Assembly: GCA_035084275.1 (NCBI GenBank)
Contig: CM068742.1
Span: forward strand, 154,504,001-154,568,000
DNA length: 64,000 nt
From: Hydrolagus colliei
Lineage: Eukaryota
Direction: 5' to 3'
The notes under the pieces were generated by a model, which saw nothing but the letters and a program-made list of their open reading frames with translations, did no database searches and was not told where the DNA came from. The translations under genes and the position numbers were made by a program. Of the stretch, positions 50,936 through 61,952 are shown one piece after another (the first letter of the stretch is position 1; each line of letters begins with the position of its first letter).

Positions 50936-51000
50936 CAGGTATCACTTGTTTGCTTTTATATTGTGTTCTGGTTCACATTACACCATGTGTGTCCTCACAG

Positions 51001-51075
51001 GGATCAGTGAGAATGGCTGGACAATGGAGACCCTGATACAGTGACTGGCAGGTTAGGGTCACCAGTCACCATGTA
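51001..51075 (+). pseudogene. SIGLEC15-like unit A V-exon remnant (frameshifted, truncated)
   Basis: The acceptor region and first ~75 nt are near-identical to 60066 onward. It has a 1-nt deletion (GAGACCCTG vs GAGATCCCTG) giving an early TGA, then switches abruptly to an antisense L2 tail. Confidence 0.85.
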
Positions 51076-51342
51076 GAGGTGACCGTAAGCATGATCAAAA
51101 AGGTAAGTCTTTAGGTGGGATATGAAAGTGGGGAGGGAGGGGACAAGCGGATAGATTGAAGGAGGGAGTTCCAGAGCTTTGGAAATCGAATAGGTTGGAA
51201 AGTGCAAGTGCATGAAAGGATTTGAGAGCAAGTGATACACAGTCTGTTCCACGTTTATACCAAATGTAAATTATGTAGTAATTTACACAGGAGAACATCT
51301 TAAAGTGCTTCACAGATTGGAGACATAGTAACTGCTCTCAAA

Positions 51343-51955
51343 ATGACCACCCCATCCATGTACAACCTCCCTTTCCTTTCCAAGGTTCCTTTCCAACTTT
51401 GCAACCTGTTCGAACCTCAACTATTCTTTCTACCCCATATCCATAGCATGACCTGCTCTGCCATCTCTCACCTCTGCAACTCTGTTGCCCAACTCTGCCA
51501 ATGTCTCACACCACAGGCAGCCGAAACTCTCATGCACACATTCACAACATCCAGGTTTGACTATGCAAACTCCTTGCTTGCCAACCTCCCTAATTCCTCA
51601 CTCCACAGGCTGCAGATCATCCAGAACTCCACAGCCCGTGTCATCTCCTGCACGAGATTCATGTCACCCCATCTTTGCCCAACTCCACTGGCTTCCCATC
51701 ACAAAGAGGATACAGCTCAAGATCCTGGTCAAGATACAGCTCACTCCATGGTTTCCTGCAAACCCCCCCCACCACCGCCCCCAACTCTGTAACCTCCTAA
51801 CTCCATGCCAATCGGTCTGCTCCCTGAGGTTACCAGGCTCCGGCCTGATTCACGTCCCCCGACTCGCCCGCCCCACTCTGTCCCCACCCTCTGGATCCCC
51901 ATCCCGCAGTCCCTCCTACTCGCCCCATCCCTTGCCTCCTTCAAGAACCACCTTG
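51343..51955 (+). mobile_element. Degenerate L2 fragment
   Basis: AAETL...SRFDYANSLL..LHRLQIIQN remnants. Confidence 0.8.
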
Positions 51956-53109
51956 AATGTCTTTATTAAATGGGTTTCAATAATAATAATCCTTGCATTT
52001 GATGTAGCGCTTTTCATGTCTTCCAGACATCTTAAAGTGCTTCACAGGATGTACTGTAAAGTGAATTGGCTGTATATTTGTGGGGGGGTTTTCATCAACT
52101 GTTCCAGCTTCTACTCTAATAATAATCATTTGATCTCTCCTTCCATGACTGTTTGTCATGGATTTTTACCATTGACTGTTGTGCACAATTGGCTGCGACA
52201 AAATATTCTCTCACAAAATATACAGTCAATCCACTTTACAGGATATTCTTTGAAGCACTTTGATACATCTGGATGATGATGATCAGGGTCTATATAAAAT
52301 GCAAGCTGTACACAGGCATTTGTTTGCATGTCCTCTCCTCCGATTCGACTCCTTTCCTCACCCACACATTCCACTCAGTGTAAGAATTATCAGCTGCTGC
52401 CACTATTCTCAAACTTCATTATTAACCAACAGTGTAGTGTATTAGTTAGAACACTTGTGTCGCAAGTGAGAGGATCAGGGTTTGTTCAGGTCCCGGGAAT
52501 GGGTGAAATCTGAGGCAAGTATCCATTCTCCACATGCTGCTTTTTTCTTACTGAGCTACTGGTAAATCACTTTTCGGTGTTTATAATCACTTATAAATTA
52601 ATAATACTAATTGTAAGCAGCAGTGTGCCATAACCAGTGGTGGATTGAATGACCACATTTCTTTTGAGGGATTATTGACCCAAGGGAGCAATAGGTGAAT
52701 GACCTGACAACTAGGTTCCCAACTACTGCCAAGTAAACAGAAGCGTGTGGAGGAAGGAAACTTGCCTAAGATTTCATCCCGCTGGGAACCAAACCTGATC
52801 CCACTCGCTTGGTGCTCTGACCAAGTAATCCTTGCGTTTGTGACATAGTGTATTTCACATCTTCTAGGCGTCTCAAAGCATTTCATAGAATATACAGTAA
52901 AGTGAATTGACTGTATATTTGTAGGCGAAATGCGGCAGCCAATTGGGCACAGCAGCGTCCCCACAAACAGTCGTGAATTGAAATGACCAATTTTATTATT
53001 GTGCTTTTTTTTGGAGGGATTATTACTAGGCGTGTGGAGTAAGGAAACTTGCCCAAGGTTTTGCCTCGACCACTATGTTTTAGGACTGCAAATAATATGA
53101 ACATTGGAA

Positions 53110-53280
53110 GGGGACAAAAATTGTGTATTCATTAGAGAAAAAATTAAGAAACGTATTCTACAGTGTATAATGTGTCTGTGGTAACTGTAGGAAACAAAAA
53201 TAAGGAAATTTAGTATTTTTTCAGAGAATTTAGACACAAGCACTTTGTCATGGAATTAACAGTGTCACTTCCTGTATTTT
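53110..53280. promoter_or_regulatory. Duplicated non-coding block B with ETS core
   Basis: Paralog of 46553-46720. CACTTCCTGT at 53266-53275. Confidence 0.5.
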
Positions 53281-53364
53281 TTAATAGAAATGATTTTTAT
53301 ATACTGATTGAGTAATTGTGTTTAATATTTGATGCATCTATGAAGGATTCAGCTTCACTCTCCT

Positions 53365-53690
53365 CCCCTACACACACTCACCTCACACCCACCCCACCCA
53401 CACATGTCCACCTACACACTCACACTCCCCGACACACAAACATGTTCCCCACACACCCTACCTCTCACACACACTGCCCCCCGCACTCAGTCTACTCCCC
53501 CACCACACGCTGCTACACACACACAGTCCACTTCCCCCACATACCACACACCATATTCTCCCCCACACTGCCCCCCCACACACAGCACACTCCCCGCTAC
53601 TTCCACATAAACTCTCCGCACATGCTCCCCCAACGTACACTCCCCACACCATGCCAAACACAGTCCCCCTCGCAACACACATATATTCAC
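53365..53690 (+). repeat. CA/C-rich low-complexity tract
   Basis: Direct reading. Confidence 0.85.
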
Positions 53691-54104
53691 TGCTGAATAG
53701 GTTCCTCAATGGAAAACTGCCTCTTTCCCTGATTTAGACTACTCTTTGGTTGTGGCCCTCTCCCATCCTATCTCTGTGGCTTTCTGACCTGCAGCAAACA
53801 AATCCTTCCTTCATGTCCTTCATCTCAATGCTCCTTCATTACATCCAGGCATGTCCATGCCATCGCCCTGCTTGTCGGCCTTGCCAACTCTTCCCTCCAC
53901 AAGCTGCAGATCATCCAGAACTCTGCAGCTTAATTCCTCTCCCGCACCAGGCTCGGTGAAACCATCACACTCACCCTCACTCTGCTCCATTGGCCTCAGA
54001 GGATCGAGTTCAAAATTATTTTCCTCAACTTCAAGGCTCTCCATGGCCTTTCTCCCTCTTACATCTCTGACTTGCTCAGCCCTTTTCAACTCTCTGCTGC
54101 AACC

Positions 54105-54425
54105 TTGCATTTGATATAGCGCTTTCCAAATCTTATCAACGTCCCAAAGCGCTTCACAGAATATACTGTAAGGTGAATTGACTTTATATATATTTGTGGG
54201 CGAATCACGGCAGCCAATTGCGCAAGCAGTCCCCCCACACACAGTCGTGGATTGAAATGACCAATTTTATTATTGTTTTTTTTTGAGGGATTATTATTAG
54301 GCATGTGTGTGTGGAGTAAACTTGCCCAAGGTTTCGCCCTGACCTGCCTTGATTTGAACACAGGTCTCCCCAGTTTGGTCTCCCCAGCTTGCAAGACAAG
54401 TGCTCCAACCACTGAGCCACAGGAG
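54105..54425 (-). mobile_element. tRNA-derived Deu-domain SINE
   Basis: Full copy. About 20 further partial or full copies occur in the window, e.g. ~3775, 7640, 17400-17790, 41945, 44080, 45452, 52825, 55720, 63360. Confidence 0.88.
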
Positions 54426-55560
54426 CTCCTTTGTTCCTTCACAAGTTGCAGATTATCCAAACAACCAGCACTTCGGTTCATGATACTCGATTTCAAGATA
54501 CACGTCCTCACTTTCAAGGCCCTCCATGGCCTTGACCCCTCCTAACTCTGATCTGCTAATCCCCTATGAACCTGTCTGATCCCTCCGTTCAGCAGGCTCC
54601 ATCCTGCTCAATGTCTCCTGCCCTACCATCGGTGGCTGAGCTTCCAGCTTCTCTGCCATTACACTTTGAAACTCCATCCCACAATCACTTCACCTTGCTC
54701 CCTCCCTCGCCTCCTTCAAGACCAGTCTCAAGACCCTCCTTTTCAATCATGCCTTCATCCACCATTCTACCTGTCTGTCCTCCCTCAACCCAACCCTGCA
54801 CACCCTCCGTGCTCTGGTCCTGACCCCTGACTGTTCAGCACCTTGCAATGTCCTCCTGACCTGAAAGGTGCTCTACAAATATGATTTTACCATAGTTTTG
54901 TTGTGGTTGTTGCTGATATTATCTAAATGTAAATTATATTAATATAATAGGAGTATGAAACGTGAAATGGGACTAAAGCTCACTAATGTAACAACTGCCA
55001 ATGAAACTGATTGGGCAGGGGGAAGGGGACGGGAAAGAGCGGGTGATTTTTTGGGTAATTCACATTCATTGTGAATTAATTTGCAATAAAGGTTACGGCT
55101 ATTTAAAGTCTGAACTCTCTATGCTCACCTTTAATAGCTTTTACCAGTTATCATTATTCACCCGCACCTCCTACCCCCTCACCGAGCACCACAACCCCAT
55201 ATCACAACACACAGCTCGGAGAATAAATAGTTTGTGCCCAAGCTTTTACTTGTGATGTTTCGCCCACAAAGTGTAGTCAGTCCATTCTACAATATATTCT
55301 AAAAAGCAGTTTGAGATGTCTCTACTCGGCGATATCACATACAAAGATAATTATTATTTACTTAATATGGGGTGGATTTAATATGGGGCATGGGTAGGAT
55401 TAGTGTCATGAAAAAGTTATAGAGGATCGGACGTGGAGGGTGGAGATCTGGTGATGATCATAGAACAACAAGGACAAGAGGAAGGAAAGAGAAGTGTGAC
55501 CAGCTGTGTCAGTGCGAGGCAGACGTGTGAGGGGAAGGAGTGTGTCCTGAGTGAGGGAAG

Positions 55561-55612
55561 ATGATGCTGGGAGCTGTACTCTGTGCCCTGGTCCTGTCAG
55601 CCTCTGCCACAC
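55561..55612 (+). CDS. SIGLEC15-like unit B leader exon (MMLGAVLCALVLSASAT)
   Basis: 52 nt, GTACGT donor. Phase 1 is compatible with the V exon at 60066. Confidence 0.85.
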
Positions 55613-56869
55613 GTACGTACTTTACCATTCAGAAACCTGACTGGCTGTAATTACTGCTGTACCTTTTACCGGAATTACAAACGTGTTTGACATTTTCAGC
55701 AATAATATAATAATAATAAATAATAATCCTTGCGATATAGTGCATTTCACATCTTCTAGGCACCTCAAAACGCTTCACTGAATATACTGTAAAGTGAATT
55801 GACTGTAAAGTCAGGGGTGATCTAACTGTTCAGTGCTTTGTCACGTCCTCCCGACGTGAAAGGTGCTATAAAAGTGCAATTTTGGTGTTGTTGTTGTTGT
55901 ATATTTGTGAGCAAAACATTGCAGCCAATTGCACACAGCAGTGTCCCACGAACAGTTGTGGATTGATATGACCAATTTATTACCGTTGCTTTTTGGACGG
56001 ATTATTATTAGGTGTGTAGAGTAAGGAAACTTACCCAAGGTTTCACCCTGACCCTGCCTGGATTCGAAACACAGGTCTCATGCTTGTAAGGCGAGTCCTC
56101 TAACCACTGAGCTACAGGACTCCGCGGTAATCCTTTGTGTCTGTGATGGGGCTTGTTCCCCACAGGAGCTTTCTTGAAATAAGAGGAACAAATTTCAACG
56201 TCGCTTGGCTACCTCATACTGCACAATACTGTTAACACTTCTCTTTCGTTACTCCCTCTCATTCTGTGGTCACCACCAGAGCTCCTCCCCCCACAACCAC
56301 TTTGCTCTGATCCTTTAATGTTTCTCCCCAACATGAATCCCAATCCTTTCTCTCTCCCCATCTTGTCTGTGCTGTTGCTCACTGTCCCACTGGAGCTCTC
56401 TACTCTAATCCCATTCCCTGCTCTGTACCCATCATATCTGTGCTGGTGCTTGTTCCCCACAGTAGCTCTCTAATTTAACTCCATTCCCCATCTTTCCCCA
56501 TCATATCTGTATACAGTCATTGACAGCTGGATCTAGTTGTTTTGCTCGATTTAATCCATATTGGGGTGAAAGGACAGCTCAGGGTCAAACTAGTCACCGG
56601 GTTCCTGAATGGCTTTTCCTGACTGGCTTGGTTTGGTTATCTCTTACATAGAATTGATATGTTTTGTGTGCTTTGAATTTGTTTCTCTTATATCTCACTT
56701 GCCAACCATTTCCCCAATGGTGAACCTTTGGGTTCTCTGTTACATCACCCATAACTTTCTCAGCTCTCACGATAAAAGCCTCAGCGTCTCCAGTCTCCGT
56801 TAATCACTGAAACCTCTCCTCTCCGGGTATATCTCAGGGAATCCTGGAAGAGAGCCACATTGCTCAATG

Positions 56870-57650
56870 TTGGCAAGACACAGGCCTTCCCCACCTCAGC
56901 CGCTGACATTGCCACCGTTCATGGCTGCACTCTTCACCTCACCGAGCCAATCCAAATCCTGTGTTCTTTTTGACCTTCAGCTATCCTTCAAATGCCACAT
57001 TCTTGCTGTGATCTGTTCTATATTTGCTCACCTCTGCAACATTTCCCACCTCCACCACTGCCTCTCATTACAAGCCGTTGAGAACCTAATTCATGGTATC
57101 ATTATGTCTCGACTTGATTATGCCAACTGCCTGCTAACTGGACTTCCCAATATGTCCACATGGTGCAGATTATTCAGAACTCTGCAGCTTGTGTCCTCTC
57201 CGGCACCAGGCTCCAGGAACCTATCATCCTATTTGCCTAGCTTCACTGGCACCTCATTCCTCAGAGATTTGAATAGAAAATCCTTGTTCTTATCTTCAAG
57301 GCCATCCCTTACCTCTCCGACCTCATAGCTCCATATCAGCCTGTTCACTTCCTTCACTCAGAGGAAACTGGCCTGCTTCAGGTCTACCGGACATTTCACC
57401 TCACCATTGGTGGTCATGCATTCAACATCTCTGCTTCCACATGCTGGATCACTGCACCACATTCCCTCTGCCTCAGCCCCTCTGTAGCCTCTTTCAACAC
57501 TTATCTGAAGATCTTGCTCTTCAATTGTGCCCTCGGTCAACGCCCTTACCCAGTATCACCCTCCACCCCTCCTGACCCTAACTCCCAGCTCGGATCTAAA
57601 ACCTGATCATCTCGTATGCTGGGATGTATTTCCAATGTGAAGAGTGCTAT
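56870..57650 (+). mobile_element. Degenerate L2 3' fragment
   Basis: SRLDYANCLL frame and tail remnant. Confidence 0.75.
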
Positions 57651-57784
57651 GAAATTTGTAGTTCTTGTTGAATCTAAGCTGAATTTTTTAACAATCTTTT
57701 TTTCTTCTTCTTACAATGGGTATCCCAAAATTGTCCACATTACTCACAGCTGTGACCTAGCCAAAGCTCTTGTACAAGCCTCAA

Positions 57785-57915
57785 AACTCAGAATACTACA
57801 GATGCTGCAAATCTGATACAAAAACAGAATATGCTGGGAACACTCAGCAGGTCAGGCAGCATCTATGGAGAAAGGAAAGTGTGTCCATGTTTTGGGTCCA
57901 CCACCCTTTGTCAGA
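57785..57915 (-). mobile_element. Diverged antisense copy of the hammerhead-bearing repeat
   Basis: Reverse complement reads CTGACAAAGGGTGGTGGACCCAAAAC..., with the same body. Confidence 0.72.
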
Positions 57916-58149
57916 AGTGGGGCATGTTGGGAGGGAGAGGCTATGGTGAACCAGCTTGCCTTTCCCTTCCCAATCTTCTGTGACCATCTGGTCTGCCTGT
58001 TCTTTTGCACTTTCATCTCCGCTTTGTTTAACGTTATTAACACGTCTTCTCTTCAGTAAACACCTCTCTTCTACAAATCCTGTAGCCCTAGTTGAAGGCT
58101 ACACCTGCCATCACCCCTCCCCACCCTAACCAATGCGGTGGCAGGATGA

Positions 58150-59880
58150 CCCTCATCTCCAAAGCTTCCCTTGGTCTTTCTCCTTATTCGTTTGGCTATT
58201 TGCTCTCTTTCGAGCACTTAACCCTCTACCATGACCCTCTCTCACTGAAAATTCTTCTATTCCACTGCATCCTGAAACCCACTGGCTTCATCCTCTCTGA
58301 CATCTCCACTATCCTCTCCTCTCTGTGCCTCTTCTCTGAATGCCTGCTCATAATGGGTGACTTCAACCTCCACCTAAACTCCTCTTGTACCACATGCCCT
58401 GACTTCACTGCCTTCTGTCCTTCCTAAACCTCACCCTCCACATCAACTTGATGACCCACAACTGTAGCTGCCCCATTAAATTCATCACTACACATGACCT
58501 TAACATCTCCAACCTGTGTATAATGGACAAGGCCATCATCGACCCTTTCCTCATCTCATTCTCCTCTCACATCCTTCTTTCCTCCACCCAGGTCTCAACC
58601 ATACTTTTCCGCCCATGGAAAAGACATCCTCCTGAGACCCTCACAAAGGTCCTATCACCACAGAACTATCCCTGTGGCATTCCACTTACATGGATCCTGA
58701 AGCAATCATTAAGCGTTTCCATGATTGCCTCTCCTCCACCTTCAATTCTCTCGTTCCCTCCTGAGATCCAGGACCATCTTCAAACCCACCTAAACCCCCT
58801 GGTACAGTGGCCATCTCTGCTCCCTGAAATCTCATGCCTGGCTACTCGAGCGCAGGTGGCAGAAAATCGGCCTCACGGTTTTTCAGCAGTTGTGGCTAAA
58901 GCATCTTCACATCCATGCTTTGTCACATGCAAAAACAGCGTACTACTCCAACATCATTCTAGAGCGCCAAAACAACTCCAAGGTTCTTTTCTCCATCATC
59001 CACTACCAGCTCTGTGCGCCCCCTCAAGCAACCTGGAGCTTCACATCCAACGCCATGTGTGAAGAGGTCATGGCCTTCCTTACTACCAAAATTAATAACA
59101 TCCACCTGGCTAGCTCTTCCTCACCCCCCCTGTCCTCAGCTCCTATCATGACCCCCATCCTACATTCCTTCTTGCCCATCACTCCTCCATCCCTCTCATC
59201 CACCATCAACACTATGAAACCCACCACCTGCTGCCTCGACCCCCTTCCCACCAACTTGCTGATCACCCAGCTCTCAATGTTCTCTGTTCCCCAGGCTCCT
59301 TCTGCCTCCTTGTCCTCCTGGACCTCTCTACCGCCTTTAACAAGGTCGATTGCGCAATTCTCCTCCGCCGCCTGTCCTCCACCATCCATGTTAGTGGGAT
59401 CCCACTCGCTTGGTTAGAGTCATATACCACAAACCGCCAGAAGTACATCTCTACAAATGACTTTTTTGCAGCTTTCACCCGGTCACCTGTGGGGTACCCC
59501 AAGAATACATCCTTGGCCTCCTTCTCTTCCTTATCTACATGTTCATTCTTGGTGATGCAATCCGCAGACATGGCGTAAACTTCCACATGTATGCAGGTGA
59601 CACCCACCTCTACTATCTTAAATTGCGACACCCCCACCCCAGCCCACCCCCCCAGTCCCCTGATGTTCTATCAGCCTGTCTGTCCCCCTCTCAAGAGCTG
59701 GATGAGCGCAATTTTACCAGAATCAATCTTCGCTCCTTGATTACCCCAGTCCCCGCCAGTCCCTGCCAGAATTCACTGGATCCCTCTCACAGAGTGGATC
59801 AACTTCAAGATCCTCACTCTTGTCTTTAAATCTCTCCACTCCTCTGCACTGCCCTATATCTCTAACCTCCTCTCTCCTGA
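58150..59880 (+). mobile_element. Older degenerate L2 (APE and RT remnants)
   Basis: Fragmented frames [33 protein letters not shown]. Confidence 0.85.
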
Positions 59881-60065
59881 CAACAGTTACCATTATTTTG
59901 TTGCAACAACCACCACCACCACCCTTTGTTTAACAAACTTAATATGTCTTCAACCCATCATCTCCCATTTGTTTTCCGTCTCCTGCCTCCCCTATCCATC
60001 AGTTCTCAGTTCTCATCTGTTTGCTTTTATATTGTGTTCACATTACACCATGTGTGTCCTCACAG

Positions 60066-60455
60066 GGCTCAGTGTGAATGACTGGACAATGGAGATCCCT
60101 GATACAGTGACTGGCAGGTTAGGGTCACCAGTCATCATGTACTGCAAGTTCACTCACCCTCACCCTGGATACACAGGTAACATCACCATCATGTGGAAGG
60201 GAGGCAGGAGAGGTCCTGTGTATTTTACATATACAAACTATAGGCCAGATTCACAGGGAAAGTATCAAAATGTAATTGATGTAAATGAGAGAGATCGATA
60301 CCGAGTGATTGGAAACCCGAGGAGGAATGACGCGACAATACAGATAAACCAGCTGAGGGGAGAGGACACAAATAAGCTGTTCATGTGTCATGTGGAGCTC
60401 CAGGGTGAGGATGGAAAGTTTGAAAGTCACCCAGATACACGTCTGTATATTACAG
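60066..60455 (+). CDS. SIGLEC15-like unit B Ig V-set exon 1
   Basis: cacAG/GTGAG, 390 nt, phase 1-1, open. WTMEIP..YCKFTHPH..Y.G..T..W...RYRVIGNPRRND...D...FMCHVE..G...ES...RL.IT aligns by eye to human SIGLEC15 WSMQVP..LPCTFTHPH..RFRLLGNPRRND..YFCRVE..ES..RLHVT. Confidence 0.9.
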
Positions 60456-61290
60456 GTGAGGAACGATGGGAAGTGGGAATGAGACGTGATGATCCTCACT
60501 GGTGCTGGAGACATATTGTGAGGGTATATATGTGTGGAACTCCAACTGGTTTAGATATTCTTAACAATGGTGACAGATTTATTCATGTATAAGGCAAATG
60601 TCTGCCCAAATACAAGAGATTTTCTCCTTGTTTCCTCAGCAACAAACCTCTATGTTTAACAGTCAATCATTTCATAACCATTGAGTTCTTTGATCTGGGT
60701 AAACTGACTGCAAAAATGTCACTATATTTATAGTAAGAAATAAAAATAATTATTGTTGTTCATATTACATCTGATTACATTTTCTTGATATACAGATCAA
60801 TAGAATACTCTATAAAGTGAATTGACTGTATGTTTTGTTGGCAAAATACGGTAGCCAATTGCACACAGCAGTTTCCCATAGATACTCGTGGATTGAGTAA
60901 CCAAAGCTTTGTTTAAGGGATTATTACCAAGCAAATAAATACGCCAATTGAAGAAAACAATGGTTTCCTATGTACCCTTAGGTAAACAGACATGTGTGGA
61001 CAAAGGAAAATTATCCAAGGTTTCTCCCTTCCCATGAATCAAGCTCAGGTCCTCTATATTATGAGGCAAGTGTTCTAAGCTACAAGACTTTTCAGTAAGA
61101 AGGTTATTGGCGCTATTAAAAGCCAAAGTTTAATTAGTGAGACATTGCTGCCCACAATCTCAGAGAGGGTGAGTGAGGAGCACAGGCCTGAGGGAGATAG
61201 TGCCATGAAAAGCAGGAATATACAGGATTTGTAACATGTACTGTGTCTCACTGACTGCTCTGCACTATTCCAATCCTGTTCCTGTCTCAG

Positions 61291-61674
61291 GTCATGAAGA
61301 GAAGCTCCCGTCAGTGACTGGTACCAAGGGAGGTGATGCCACACTGCCCTGCTCCTTCACCAGGCCCAACACATACCAGAATCGTGCCAGAGTCACAGTG
61401 ATTTGGAGGAGAGGGAGGCCACAAGGGCAGCCAATTTCTAATGATACTCTTCACGTCACCTCCCGCTCCAACCCCAGGGAGTCAGAGACAGTGAATGAAG
61501 GAAATCGCCATAACCTGGTCGGGAATGTGAGGGATGGAGACGCTTCCCTGAGGATCAGAGACCTGGAGTTAAACGACACCGACCAGTATTTCTGTCACGT
61601 ACACGTCATGTTTATGTATGACAGTCAACAACAGGACCATGTGACACAGGACACATCACGGCTGCTGGTTGTTG
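61291..61674 (+). CDS. SIGLEC15-like unit B Ig V-set exon 2
   Basis: tctcAG/GTAAGA, 384 nt, phase 1-1, open. V-set hallmarks G.DATLPCSF, VIW, GN...GDASLRI.DL...DTDQYFC. Confidence 0.9.
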
Positions 61675-61929
61675 GTAAGAAATCTCTTGTCTCTGTGGGA
61701 CATGGAAAGGGGTAAATGTCAATGTTCACGGGCGCATCATTACAGACTAGGTTTGTCTCATTCCTTACCCTGTGCCTCACGTGTTAATTAGCAAAAGAAA
61801 CATGTTATGAAACAGTGGAACCTGTAACTGGGGGAGGGTTTCTTCTCACTTGCCTCCCGTTAAAGCTGCAGCCAAATTTAGGGCAAGCAGCCGGTATCTT
61901 ACCAATGACATGTAATGTGGTTTTCACAG

Positions 61930-61952
61930 GATCACAGGATTGGTCTGAATGA
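61930..61952 (+). CDS. Candidate short terminal exon of unit B (GSQDWSE*)
   Basis: First plausible acceptor after V2 (gtggttttcacAG). Phase-1 reading reaches TGA after 7 codons. No transcript support. Confidence 0.35.

Noticed and set aside
53316-53709. His/Thr- and Cys/Val-rich ORFs
   Set aside because: CA-rich low-complexity DNA.
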